64,000 bases of DNA from Amoeboaphelidium protococcarum X5 (lineage: Eukaryota; Fungi; Aphelidiomycota): NCBI GenBank assembly GCA_023515725.1, contig JALDTO010000164.1, positions 1-64,000 on the forward strand, in the 5' to 3' direction. Every line of letters begins with the position of its first letter. The stretch's first letter is position 1. Both the position numbers and the translations under genes were made by a program. Below are positions 42,901 to 58,974 of this stretch, piece after piece. The notes under the pieces were generated by a model that was not told the DNA's origin, did no database searches, and saw nothing but the letters and a program-made list of their open reading frames with translations.

Positions 42901-43623
42901 AGAACAATGTTAGAAAAGATATGATAATAGGCATTGGCTCCTACAATACAAAGTATGTTTGCATATGAAATACCAATTATACAGTACTAAAATCATACCT
43001 GGAAGTTGTAACAAATTCAAATAGGCCTACCCAGCTTTTATGCCAACCTCAATATTGTTCTGGTCAAGAGCGCGTTAAATCAGTCGGTCGAGAATTGCAA
43101 CGAGACATTTGCTCGAGACATCCATTTCACCTTGAGAGACTGACATTCTTATGGATGACCTGCGTCCCTTCTTGGATCGATTCTTAGTGGAAGACTTCTG
43201 ACGGTCCTTGTCATTCTGAATAGCCATCTCAGACAGACGCTGGCTAAAATCACCATTCGATAACTTGGCGATGAGGTTCAAGTGCCGCCAGAAATCATCC
43301 TTACCCGATCTTTTCCATTGCTTGCACAGAGCAATGAGCTCCTCCAATGCCTCCACGCCAATTCCATCCAAGAATAGACCCTCTTCGAATTCAATCTCTT
43401 ACCGTCTCAACTTCTACATCCTTTATTAATCACTATCCACAGCCATATCATCATTATCAGAGTCACCATCATTCTCTTTATCACTATTGCTTGAATTATC
43501 ATCGAGTCCAGTGGGAGTGCTTGAGCCTTGATGAAACAACTTGTCCAGAAAGCTAGTCGGAGCCTCAGAGATCACAATCTTTTCAGCAAACAGTGCATCA
43601 GTCTAATCCACTAACTTGTCCAT
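39924..43623 (-). CDS. NCAPD3: Condensin II HEAT subunit CAP-D3, about 1213 aa; intron 42941-42998
   Basis: CADKIPTVRARA, RRLNDEKSTVRR, IQGHVYIALGKI..LAKQYVPVFARELE..VVRNNAMMTLVDLCKRYT, YIKWKG, ENIIPIVI..LMIYLREVVSDFR..DRQLAQEIEFDL. Confidence 0.9.
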
Positions 43624-43847
43624 AATAAGTTACTTTAATTTTTAGATATATGCTACTCAATACTAAAAATAAAAATAAATTTACTAATGGTTGTTGCAAA
43701 TAAGAGAAGAAGGTTGCTGCATGTTGAAATTAAAACGAGAGAAAAACACAGCGCTGAAACGAAACGGAAAGTGAACGCGTTTCTGTGAAACGAAACAGAG
43801 AGACAGATGATCAAAGGTATTTTATTGCACAAAAACATACTTACTTT

Positions 43848-45281
43848 TCATGAATGCTGCGAGGGCTCATCTGCAGTTGGAGATATCTATATTGAAGGCG
43901 TAGACTACTCAGACTACTATTGAGGGCTTTCCACAATCTTAAAAAGAGGCAAATTATCGTCCTCATCCGACAGCGAAGCATTCTAATCCTGTTGCTAGCC
44001 AGCCTTTTATTCTTATGCAGAATTTTATTGCTATTCAGAACTGTCCTCTTGATGCTATTACGAGAGCTACTACTATTATTATTACTAAGAAGACGAATGG
44101 GCGAGGCGCGCTTCTGAGGCTTCACGTTCCAAATGCCGTTACCGCTCCTCTTCTTCAAGCATGGACTGACGGATAGCCTCATTCAACATTAAATCTTCAA
44201 TCTCGGAGGAGATGTCCAACATTCCGGGAAAGAATGTATAATTCGGGCTAGTGAGGACAATTTCGCTATCATGTGGCTGCCTACGCCGTCTATGTCGGTG
44301 CTGGTGGCGCATCCTACGCATGGCTCTCTCAGATTCTTCAGCGGCTCTGGCAGCTAACCGTTATCGTTCCTTGATCTTGGCCACCACCTCTGGTCTGACA
44401 TCATCAGACAGCACAATATAATCCTTATCGACAAATGCTGCACTCTACGATTTCGTCAAAGTGCCAGTATCATTATGCCTTTGAGTGGTCAGCGGAGATG
44501 TCAATCTAGCCTCCAATACCTCAGACTGAGAACGCATCATTTAAGCAGCTTTGGCATCAGCTCTACTCATAGTCTTTGATGTCTTGCGTCCCTACTCCAT
44601 TGAATTTCTAAAATTATAAGTAACACCAAACTCAAATTCAACACAATACGGACATGTGGCACTGCGACCATCTTCTGAGCGCTTAATCTGAAGGAAACAC
44701 TCGGTACAAATAGGCTAATTACAGCATCTAGTATAATTGATGTTGGCAGGGTAATATAGAAAGCAAATCGGACATTCAACTGGATTTTCCAGAGCTTGAA
44801 TAAACTAGGAATTAATCTGCAGATGCTCCAACACATTAGAATCTGCAGTCGATATATTCATAGTATTCCTCCTAGAATTACTTAGATTTTAATTACTACC
44901 TGACTAAATATTAACACTAATCTGATCTGAAGATGAAGACTATAATCTATGAGATGAAGGCAGGCGACCAAATAAACCAAGCATTGGACTCTTTTTACTC
45001 TTTATCTACTGCTCATTGGCTAAATTGATTCTATTAGTCTCAATTTGTTACTATTAATTTCTATAAAATTATCTCAATTCATCCTCATCTCCAAAGCCTT
45101 GATAAAATGGAGCCAATTTTTTATGGATAATCAATCGTTTAACAATTCTGACATCGTAATCAATTGACTCTTTGGAGTAAAGTCCTTACGGCACCACCTG
45201 ACCACCATCGATATTGGTAATCTTATCCAGCTCGTCATAACTACCACTATCCTAATCAAAAGCTGAAGCAAATTAACCCAT
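43848..45281 (-). CDS. SIP5: Sip5-like RING protein with UIM and N-terminal MG
   Basis: DGGQVVPQGLY..DYDVRIVKRLIIHKKLAPFYQG, VECPICFLYYP.NINYTRCCNQPICTECFLQIKR, CPYC, IEDLMLNEAIRQSMLEEE. Confidence 0.88.
44067..44087 (-). repeat. PolyQ tract encoded by seven consecutive TAR codons (TAG TAA TAA TAA TAG TAG TAG)
   Basis: In frame within the SIP5 tail. Confidence 0.75.
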
Positions 45282-45540
45282 TATATAGTGTAAATTTTAT
45301 AAATGTAGCCCTGAATGATGATGATGCTTTTGGCAACAAAAAAAACCAGAATCTGAATGAAAGAAGGAAAACAACGAAATGATCGTCGGATGTTCTCCTT
45401 TCGGCATGTTTCACAGATAAGCTTTTTACCATGATCCTCCCAATTGTTGTGCATCAAACTTTAAACTTTGGATATCAAAAGCATTTAATTATTAAATTCA
45501 ATAGAGATAATAAATTGTAAGAATGGATTCAACAGAGAAT

Positions 45541-46702
45541 TCATTTCCCATTGACGCGTTCTTTCTGATCATCTTGTCTATCTTGCTGCTTACCTCCTTC
45601 TTCAACCTGGCTGAACAGATCATGCAACGATCCGGGAGCCTGATTATCAAAAGGCTTCAGATGTTTTTGCTTACGTTCAAATCGTCGAGCATAACGCTCC
45701 TTAGACTCAATCATACCATTACCCATATCAAATCCAATTAAAGATTGCACACCCTCTCTCATATCACTCCAGTTCTTTCGCTTATGCGTGGGATCATGCA
45801 GATTCTTAGTGATCAACTACTAAAACTACGCAATATCCATTTACTATCGTTCCATCTCAAGATTGGACATTTCAATAGATTTAATCTCTAAATGAAAAGG
45901 CCCAGGAAGATTGTCCGCTAGAAGTAATCCAAAACTTTAGATATTCTCCATATTCGGTGGATGTTGTCTCATGTACTCAACACCGCAATTTGTTCTATGA
46001 AAATAATCGATAGGTAGCTACATTATTTGTTATTTATGACAGCCTTACATTATAAAATAATATTGTTATCTCGATAATAATCTTACAATGACGCGTTCCC
46101 ATTCGTATGGAGTGCTAAACTTAAATTTGCACATGTACAAGTCTCCAGAAAATGATCGAGTAGTCTTGAAATTGAATGAGTATGTCCGATGATCACCCTT
46201 CATATTCAGAACAATATAATTCCACTAAGAGCAATCATATGTACGTCTATCAAATAAGTGCTGACGCTTGCGCAACTACATATAGTGATGGTGATACATT
46301 ATAATGAAAATCAGGTTGAACGGTCGAGATTCAATTTCTTACGCGTGATCGCAGGGCAACATAACCAGAGTATATGGCATCAGATGAAGGCTTCAAAGCA
46401 AGAGACAAAGTTCCATTGAATTTCAAAGCACCATCATCTGAGAATCCAATCCTAGCCTGACTGTATCCACCAATATCTTAATCGCATCCATATCCCCATG
46501 ATTTTACAGATTCTGGCGTATCAAACTGAAATAGAACTTTCTCTCGATCCAATGTAGCGGCTTACTTTAAGAACAAAGCTACCTTATAAAAGCAAAATAT
46601 ATTGGATATGATATAGAATATCTAGATATGTAGTAGTTTACCTTCTTTGGACACGCTTTTAATATAAGCAAACGTATTTCTAACAAACGAGGTCGCGGTC
46701 AT
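45541..46702 (-). CDS. NDUFAF1: Complex I assembly factor CIA30/NDUFAF1, 3 introns
   Basis: WGYGCDQDIGGYS, FNGTLS, SGYVALRS, KGDHRTY, WERVILP, FGLLLADNLPGPFHLEIKSI. Confidence 0.88.
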
Positions 46703-46881
46703 AATTATAACTAAAGTGTGTTTGCTTTTGATCAGAGAAATCAAGTGAAAGAGACTTACAGCAAAACGAGAACCAATGGACAATTGAGCTTTGTAACTCT
46801 GTACGCGTTGAATTGCTATCAAAACGAATTAGAAAATAGACGCACAGAATGAAGAACTGAACCATATGTTGAATAAGATAC

Positions 46882-47461
46882 TCAGATTAATTCAACTTGC
46901 TTCATAAAATTTTCGCACGACCGGAGGCACTGTTAGAAATTCACTTCAAAATCTGACATGTCGCCATAGTAGGGATCGACTATGATCTTTTGACCTTGCG
47001 GATCATACGATCCCAATAGCTAAATTTAGGCTTTACTGTTAGCAACATTGGAAGCATGCTACTTTACGTTAGAGAGATTAGAGTCATCCATACACAGTAT
47101 ATAGTCGAATCGCTAAAAGTCTTCATCCACAAGTTGACGCGCGCGATGTTCCACTTTTACGCCATTGCTCTTACACACTTTTATAGTTCTACATTACCTA
47201 AATGGCATATTCACATCAATATAAAAACATTATGATATACCTGTGATCGGGAGAAGATCCAATGTGATATGAACTAGTGCCAGCACTGTCAACTTCCACC
47301 TCAGACTATGAGCCGTTCTTATCGACCAGGTGTTTCATGACAGCCTCTGCCATAGGACTACAAACTATGAATTGCTCATTTCATACATTAATGTGCTATC
47401 TCTACAGTGTACTACTGTACCTTCTACATATATTCCCTAAACATACAAACAAAATCTTCAT
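46882..47461 (-). CDS. LTP1: Low-molecular-weight protein tyrosine phosphatase, 2 introns
   Basis: ILFVCLGNICRSPMAE, VDSAGT..YHIG..PD, HRARQL..DF..FDYILCMD..N, DPYYG. Confidence 0.95.
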
Positions 47462-47633
47462 AATTATATTGTCTGAATTTTGACGAGTCCAAATAGAATT
47501 CTTCTTCAGGAGGTATAAGTATCGAGATTTGAGATCGGCTCTACAAAATAGAGATAAAAGCCGCTTACTTCGAGTTATCGTTGTATCATCAAAAAGTAGT
47601 TGGAAAATCAGACAAAAATTCACACACAATATT

Positions 47634-49741
47634 ATGGGTAAAAAGACGCGTCAAATCACATAGGCAAAGGTATGCAATTGTATCACCAGTATTGTATAAG
47701 TATTAAGTTATTAATGTCTATGTAGATTAAGTTATTGAATAAGCCATTGAAAGGGTAAGTGGTTGCTCAGTACTCTGATGAAGATGAAGATCTGGAATTG
47801 AACAAGGAAGATGTGGAGTTTTTCTAATCAAGCCATGTCGATATGGATAGCCTCGATATGTAATCGGATGATGACTACAATGAAGAATTTAATTTTGAGG
47901 ATGGCCATAAAGCGAAATCTTTTGATAGCAAATTTCTCAATAGAGATCAAGGCTTAATGATAAAGACATCTGACGGTAAATGGATCACCAATGATCGCCG
48001 TCTAAATGACGCGAAGTAAGTCGATTCGGAGGACCCTATAGGAACTGATTAAACATGTGATAGTAACAATGCTCAAGTTGTTGATCAATAGAAAGGTAGT
48101 ACCGATATATCGAGCGGTAGAAAGGTACTCTCTTTTGCCGATAAAAAGATCGAGATTGGCTCTACCGCGGCTCTGATATTACAGAATAACGAGGAAAACA
48201 TTGGTAAATTGAAGGTTATCCGCGCGCATTTAAAAGATGGTGATAAGCGCGTAGTCAAGTTGGCAATGCTCAGTCTGTGTGCAATCTTTGCAGATATTGT
48301 GCCTTCGTATAGAGTCCGAGAGTTGACGGAGAAGGAGCGCGCTGAGAAAGTGTCGAAGGAGGTGCGCAAAGTTCGTGACTATGAAGAAGCTCTGGTCAGT
48401 AATTATAAATAATACGTGGATCAGTTGGATTAACTGGCCAGTAGAAATACATTTTCTGGAAAAGAAAACTCTGCGAAATCTAGTAGCTAGGATTATTCTA
48501 TTTTGTACACTGCGGTGAAATGTCTCTGCGAGTTGGCAGTCTCCCTGTCTCATTTTAACCATAGCTCTCGCGTTATATCTGGCGTTGTGAAGCGGATGAA
48601 TTTATACTTTAATGATAAGGAGCGAGCAGCCGTACATGGATACACTGTTGATGCTGTATCGTCTCTCTGTTGTGATAGTGTAAAGAAAATCATCACGAAC
48701 GATGCGGATGGAAGGACTAGCCTTGAAATTGTGAAGCTAATTGCAGACTTGGTGAAAGTGAAAGGAGCAAAGATTCGAGCATGCGTGCTTTAGCCTTTGC
48801 TTCTCCTTGAGCTCACCACTGATCTCAAGTAGAATGATAGGAATGGTGGTAAGAATAATAAAAGAAAGATGGGTGCACAGGATAAGAAGGCACATATGTC
48901 CAAGAAGTAGAAGAAGCAGTTGAAAGTTCAGAAGGAAGTCGAGCTTGAGTTGAAGGAAGCTGATGCTGTAGTTGGTGTTGAGGAACGCGTCAAGTACCAG
49001 GCTGAAATTTTAAAGCATCTCTTCTCCATTTATGTTCGCGTGCTAAAGTTTAACAATAATAGTCATTTGCTCCAAGTTACGCTGAAGGGCCTTTCAAAAT
49101 TTGCGCGTCTGATCAATGTAGAGTTCTTTCAGGAGCTGGTGATATTTTTGCGCAAAGTCATCGCCAATGATGATGAACTATCGCCTCTTGATGTCATGTT
49201 GTGCGTGTAAACTGGTATGAAGTTGCTCTGTAGCTTTTAAGCTGTCATTATCAATGTTGAGTATAATGACTTTAAGGTTGCTGCATACAGGGCTCTCAGA
49301 TTGGCGATTCCGTACATGCAGTAGAATTAGAATTCGTATGAATGTGAAATGGAAATCACGCAAGCTGTAGAGGAGATGATGAGCAACATGTTCCTGGGCC
49401 GGGGAACGTCGGAATTGAGTGCAAATTCAATGGCGGCCTTCATCAAGCGTATCGCTATCTTAACCACTGCTTTGACATGGCATCAGTCGTAGCTTTCAAT
49501 GATATCGCTGATACATCGAATGCTTTTGAAATCTCCGCAGAAAGTGCTCAATATGATCCAAGAAGAGGAAGATGACGCGTCAGTGTTTCATCAATATAAT
49601 GCTGAGACTGACGATGTCGACAAATGCTTTGCCTTGGAATCGAAACTGTACGAGCTGAGCGTATTGTCTAAGATTCCGAATGCTCTTATTAAAAAAGCAG
49701 TACACAACATTGGATAGTTGACATAGAACGGAATAAATTGA
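47634..49741 (+). CDS. NOC3: Nucleolar complex protein 3; intron 47670-47725
   Basis: KLAMLSLCAIFADIVPSYRVRELTE..KVSKEVRKVRDYEEALVSNYK, LSHFNH, LKGLSKFARLINVEFF, AAFIKRI. Confidence 0.93.
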
Positions 49742-49992
49742 ATTGATACTTTATTATTGAGATTAGTTTTTTTCAATTTTTTTTGTTAACATCTTCAATA
49801 TTTCATATAGAAATTGGCAAAGTCGTGTATGACGCCGGCCTTATGATATGAGAGTTGTAACGTTGTCGATGGATCTACATTGCTACTGTGAATCAGGAGA
49901 CTATTTTTAAATTTCCTCCATTTATTATCTTTTCAACATGTGCTTTACTTTAAAATTTGGACAGTAATAACAGTAAATCTTTGAGAAGAGAT

Positions 49993-51033
49993 ATGTTGCC
50001 GGATACTATTTGGGTCAAAATCGGAATGGGCGCACCTGTAAAGATTGCGATATCTTCATGCATTGATGTTGCTGATGTGATTCGCGCCACCAAAGAGTAA
50101 CTAGAGTTACAAGATCGCTTAGATTAGCTTTATTTCTTAGTACAAGAGGGCCACAAATGGAAATTGCAAAGACCTGGCATGGCCCTTATTAATTTGTGTC
50201 AGAAATATCCTCAAGCTGGATAATCAGATTCAAATTGCATCATTATTAGGAAAATCACAACCGCTTCAAATCACAGAGAAGAACATTATGATTTTCACGG
50301 TGATACTTTTGACCGCGAATTAGAGTAGGAGCGCGATGATACTGATTTATTGATTGAATCCTGGAATTATGCTGTAGAAGTAGCTTCGAAATTTCTGTAT
50401 GGGATTTTTGGAGTCTTTCGCCGTGTCACAGTCGATCTACATTGGTCCACTATTGCATATGTGGTTGTACATCTTGATGACTTGAGGAAATTCAATTTAT
50501 ACTCTTAAACGGGACTCTGCATTGCGCTGCTATTTAGTCTTCATTGTTGGCTTGACTCAAAGCCAGCAGATTTCGCGCTTAGACACTTCACCTCTTCTCA
50601 AAGCAATATGGAACGCGGTAGGTACATGACTCTCCTCACATCATCGTTTGCGCACGTTGATTTTAATCACTTGATATGCAACGTGATATCTCTAGTATTA
50701 TTGGGGCCTGATTTTGATAAGCTGTTTAAAGTTGAAGGCTATGTTTCATTTGTGGTTTTAAGTGGCATATTCTCCAGCTGGGTTAGCGTCAAGACACACG
50801 GCAAACCGTCCATGGGGTTTAGCGGTGTCTTATGCGCTATGGAAGGATATCTACTCATGGCGCACCGTGAAGACGTCCGCCATATATTTGCAAACTATAT
50901 CATTTATTGTATCGCTCGCTGGGATGACCAAATCGATCATGTCGCGCATTGTGCAGGTTTCGCATTTGGACTGGGTTGGTTCAAACTGTTGTAGAGAAGC
51001 TTTAGTAGACGAAAATACATTCGTGGATACTGA
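49993..51033 (+). CDS. Fusion of a Crinkler-type ubiquitin-like header and a rhomboid intramembrane serine protease, 346 aa
   Basis: N-terminus IWVKIGMGAPVKIAISSCIDVADVIRATKEQL..RPG..GQSDSNCIII; C-terminus RYMTLLTSSFAHVDFNHLICN, SMGFSG, IDHVAHCAG in one TGA-free frame. Confidence 0.8.
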
Positions 51034-51331
51034 CCGGAAGGTTGTTAACTAATTAGCAATGAATCGAAAAAGGCTTTATGTTTTATTGGCAGTTTTAAAG
51101 TACTAGTTTCCCCCTTTTAGTCAAGACGGACCTACAGTATGTAGATCAAATGCTCTCTTTCGACTTTGATCACACCGTAGCGCAAGATTTATCGTTCTTA
51201 AAGCTTTTACAGTTTCTTCTGGCCGTACCTAGCTCGCTTATCTTCTTTAGCTTTCACATCTCTCAGAGCTTCGTAGTGAAATTTTCAACCAAATAGAATT
51301 GAAAATTTTCCGTTTATTAAATAGATACGCA

Positions 51332-54226
<2,895 letters not shown>

Positions 54227-54305
54227 TCATCATAATAAGATAACATAGTAAGTATAAAGCTAATAACATTTTTAATAGCTGCAATATATTGTCAAGAGTA
54301 TTTTC

Positions 54306-55307
54306 TCATTGTCTAAAAACTTCGTCTACAATGTCCATCTCAGTCTTTGGGATATGAGCCTCAGATGCTTTGAGAGCCTTGTGCTGATTAGCCTTCATTC
54401 TCTGCACGTACTTCTAACTACCGGCAGCCTTCTGCATAGATCTGATTGTGTTTGGTGACACATAGTCAGGATTCTCATACATCACCTGTCCACAGAAGCT
54501 ACCATCGAACACCTTAATAGGATTCAACACAAATCGAGGCCCAATCTCGACCAACGATGGAGGATCCTTCTTCTCTTTAGCAGAGTTGGCACTAACAGCT
54601 GCAGGCACAATCTAAAAATTACGGAACCAGACGCGTCCATCAACAATGCTGAAAGTGAACACATGGTCATGGAACGGCTTACTCTTCCTATGGCCACGAG
54701 GAGTACCGAAATTGTGAATGAGAAGCTGTTTTATCACGGATAAGTGAGCACATTCATCAAACTGAGCATCAAACGACAGAAGCGGGCGCGATCCTTTAAG
54801 ACAGTTTCCAGTCATCTTCAACTCATCCATCGTGTGCAGATTCTACACTAAAAATTTGCATGATGGTCCATTAGGCGTCTTACTGAGCCACATGTACAAA
54901 TCTTGTCCTTTGCGAATCTCAAGATAGAGTGTGTTGTTGCAATTATTCAACTCTGCCAGCTCATTCAACATCTTGATATCACCCTTCGCGTCAAACTTGG
55001 AGTCCTTCTTTGCATGCGGCAACAGAGCCTCCAAATCCTTCAGAAAATGCCTCTATCTCTGATTAATACCACGGGAAGATAATAGCATGACGCGTTATTT
55101 ATTCTTAAAAAATGTACTTGCTGTTGCTGCTTATTATGCATCGTCACCATCCGCCAATGATTTCTTTTTATCGGATTTTTTCACTGAGGTGGTAGTAGAC
55201 TAGCCACCGGTTGCCAGGAGTGCCTTCTTACCAGTCAGCACAACTTCCTCTGAAGCATCAGAAAACTCACTCTCATCAAACTCGTCACTATACTACGCCT
55301 GATCCAT
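54306..55307 (-). CDS. BRX1: Ribosome biogenesis protein Brx1
   Basis: NKQRVMLLSSRGI, LNELAELNNCNN, KTPNGPS, HTMDELKMTGNCLKGSRP, EIGPRF. Confidence 0.96.
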
Positions 55308-55673
55308 TATTAAGTCTATCTTTACCTTTAGATTAAATCAATTGATTAATGATATACTCTTCCTCGAAGTCTATAAATGAAAAATGATGAAAGTTGTGAT
55401 ATTTTCCACTTTTTCTCTTCTCTTCGCGCGTTTCTTCTACAAACGTTGAATTGTCTGTCCTCATTTGCCTTCGCCGCGTAGCGTTGATGAAGCTTCGCTG
55501 TTCTGTTCTGTTCCCTCTCTTCGCCGTGCTAAGATCTTTTCGAAACGATCGCCGCTCGTCTTTCTCTCTTCCCGTTTCGGCTAACGTTTCTCTGTATAAA
55601 CTGTTTCTTTGTATCTTATCATATTGTTTAACTTGAGCCAGATATACTGTATATTTCGCTGTATAATAATAAT

Positions 55674-58199
55674 ATGGATTTAGGGGTGGAAGAAAAGACT
55701 GTTGTGCATCGCCTCAAGTCTCCGGTGAGAGATGTAGATTTCGATATGCCTGTTCCGAGTGGTGAGAAGCAGTAGCCGGGTAATAGTCAAGATATGGATG
55801 TGGAGGGTAACAATGAAGCTGAAGATGCGGCTGCTGCTACTTCTGATTTCAGTTAGGCAGAGGATACTGAATAGGAAGAAGATTATGAGAATTCTGAAGA
55901 TGAAGAAGATGATGCTGAATAAGATGAAAGTGATAATGGCGAGTCTACAGAAGACGAAGGGGGGGAGGAGGATGATTACAGCGAAGATTAAATGGCATAA
56001 AAGTCGATTTAAAAGTCTAAATAGTCTCGAAGTGTCAGCGGTAATAATAAAAAGAAGCGAAAAGTTGAGAGTGACAATGACAGCGAAGGCAATGAAGGAG
56101 ATGAGTCCGCCATGTAAGATATCAAGCCTAATGGCAATGGCAAAGTATCTAAATCTAGCTCATAAAAATAGGACAAGAAGGTAAATTAGAATAATAAGGT
56201 AAGCAAGTCCAACAAGAAATTGAAGACTTAGAGTGACGCTGAAGAGTCCACTTAATCTCCATCTAAGAAACGAAAGTAGAAAGATGAAGATCAGTAAGAG
56301 GTTTATAAGTGGTGGGAAGAGCAGGATCACGATAATGAGATTAAATGGACTACGTTGGAGCATAAAGGACCTCAGTTTCCACCTGATTATGTTCCTCATG
56401 GTGTCTTAATGCGCTATGATGGTCAACCGGTGAAGTTGAGTCCACCATCTGAGGAAATTGCTGGATTCTTTGCATAATTGCTTGGCACTCAGTACGTGGA
56501 GAATGAGACCTTTTGTAAGAACTTCTTTACCGATTTTCTAGAGTGTCTGAAGGAGAATGATCCTAAATGTCCTATCATGGAGTTTGAGCTGTGCGATTTT
56601 ACGCCTATGAAGGAGCATTTCGACCGACTTAAAGAGGAGAAGAAGCTTATGACTAAAGAGCAGAAAAATGAGATCAAGTTGCAGAAGAAGGCTATCGATG
56701 ATGAGTATGGATTTGCATTTCTGGATGGCAGAAAGGAGAAGGTTGGCAATTTTCGAATTGAACCTCCTGGGCTATTCAGAGGTAGAGGTGAGCATCCTAA
56801 AACTGGTATGGTGAAGAAGAGAGTCATGCCGGAGTAGATTACTATCAATATCGGTAAAGATGCCAAGGTTCCTGATCCTCCTGCCGGGCATCAGTGGGGA
56901 GCCATTGTTCATGATAACACTGTTGCGTGGTTGGCTAATTGGACAGAGAATATCACTGGCGGAATCAAGTATGTCAGATTTTCGGATTAGTCATCTCTCA
57001 AGGGTATCAGTGATTTTAAGAAGTTTGAGAAGGCTCGCCAGCTCAAGGATCGTATCGATGAAATTCGTAAAGAGTACACAGAACAGTTGCGTGACAAGTT
57101 GATGGTGACGAGATAACGCGCCACAGTGATTTGGCTCATTGACAAGCTGGCTCTTCGTGCCGGTAATGAGAAGGGAGAAGATGAAGCGGATACTGTTGGT
57201 TGCTGTTCCCTCAGATTTGAGCATATCGCCTTGGAAGAGGATGAAGAGATGATACCTGATCCGGAGCGGCCTGGTGAGATGAAGAAGCACGTGAAAAAGA
57301 TGGTTGTATTTGACTTTCTTGGTAAAGACTCTGTACGTTATTACAACAGAGTTGAAGTTGATCCTATTATTTGGAAGAATCTGAAGATTTTCAAGCGTCC
57401 TCCAAAGCGTGAGGGAGATCCTATATTTGATCGCTTGTCTACATCTCTGGTCAATGCTCATCTAAGTAAGCTCATGCCTGGACTCACAGCGAAGGTTTTT
57501 CGTACGTATAATGCCTCTCATACGTTCCAGATAGAGTTAGAAGACACTCCTGAGGATGCTACGGTTGCCGAGAAGATTCTTGCCTATAACAGAGCCAATC
57601 GCCAGGTGGCTATTTTGTGTAATCACCAGCGAGCTGTCAGTAAGAATCACTCTACCCAGATGGAGAAGTTGCGTGAGAAATTGCTTATGCTAAAGTACTA
57701 GCGACTTAATTGTAAGTAGTAAATGATTGAGATGAACGCCAAATTGAAAAAGAGTCGACCGGAACTAACCGAGCCTGAATCTGATCTGGATGAGGAGACT
57801 TATGCGAGGAAAGAGAAGGAGGCTGCAGAGCTTGAATAATAGAAATTGGAGAAGAAGTATGAGTCGCTTTGTGAAAAGGCTAAAGCAGCCGGTGAAGATC
57901 CGCCTGCTAAAGAAGATGTGATGTCATCTGCAAGTCAGAAGAAGGATCCCACCATGGATCGCCTAGAAAAGCAGTACAAGTCGCTCTCAAATAAAATACT
58001 GACTCTCAAGTCTCAATTGATTGACAGAGATGAGAACAAGACTACCGCACTGGGAACTTCGAAAATCAATTATATTGATCCGCGTATTACCGCAGCTTGG
58101 GCAAAGAAACACGACGTGCCTATTGAGAAGATGTTCACCAAGACTTTGCGTCAAAAGTTCACCTGGGCCATGGATGTTGATGCAGACTGGGAGTTCTGA
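55674..58199 (+). CDS. TOP1: DNA topoisomerase IB, 841 aa
   Basis: [65 protein letters not shown] (catalytic Tyr), ends DWEF-TGA. Confidence 0.98.
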
Positions 58200-58974
58200 T
58201 TGATTGATTGATCAATATTCGTGATACCCGGCAGTGATGTATGATTGTACTATCTAAATATTTCTGAGGCTAGTTTTATACAAGTTTTGCTTTTAGTCTC
58301 GATATGTCAATTTCATTACATTCATATAGACAGACACCACTTTTCTTTTTAAAAAGTACATTTGTTCACGCGCTAATTTAGTTTCCTGTGCTAATCTGAT
58401 GCTAAAAGTACAGTTCTAGTATATGTTCGATATGGAGGGCAGTTGGTTTCAACTCTCGCTCGAAACTTGGACAATTTTCCCACATCGCGTCTGGCAAACT
58501 GGGACATTAGTCCCACATACGTGAAATGAGTTTTTACTTATCATGTCGGCTTTGTGTGACTGCATCAGGTAAGTTACAGCGAAGTATAATGTTGATAACT
58601 AAGCCAGTTAGAAAAAGAATGTTCGTACGTAAAATATTCAGCTAAAATTGTAATATCCCAGTCATTTGAGTACCAATGAAATTTTTTGGCACTGTAACAC
58701 TTGTGCAGACATATAGACGACCGAGTGAGTGAGGATTTTCCACAGTCTTAATCATTAGTCTTTGTTGTTTCAGCTCGGGGGAATCTTTTCTAGCTCTGGG
58801 CTCTGGGTGAAACAAAACTGCCCGTTATTTCTTATTGTTCTTGTTCTTGTTGTTGTTATTTGTCCAGTCAATTGAAGTGTACTAATAGTAATAATAGTTA
58901 GAGTGAGTGTATTGTGAGTTATCACAGTTTTGATTTTGAATTATACACTTAGATATATATACATTGCTCGAATT

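Noticed and set aside
58230-58272. Possible C/D snoRNA (GTGATG...CTGA)
   Set aside because: Only about 40 nt, imperfect C box and no recognisable guide
58423-58524. 33-codon ORF and a 6-bp hairpin in the TOP1-Polo intergenic region
   Set aside because: Too short and expected by chance in a one-stop code
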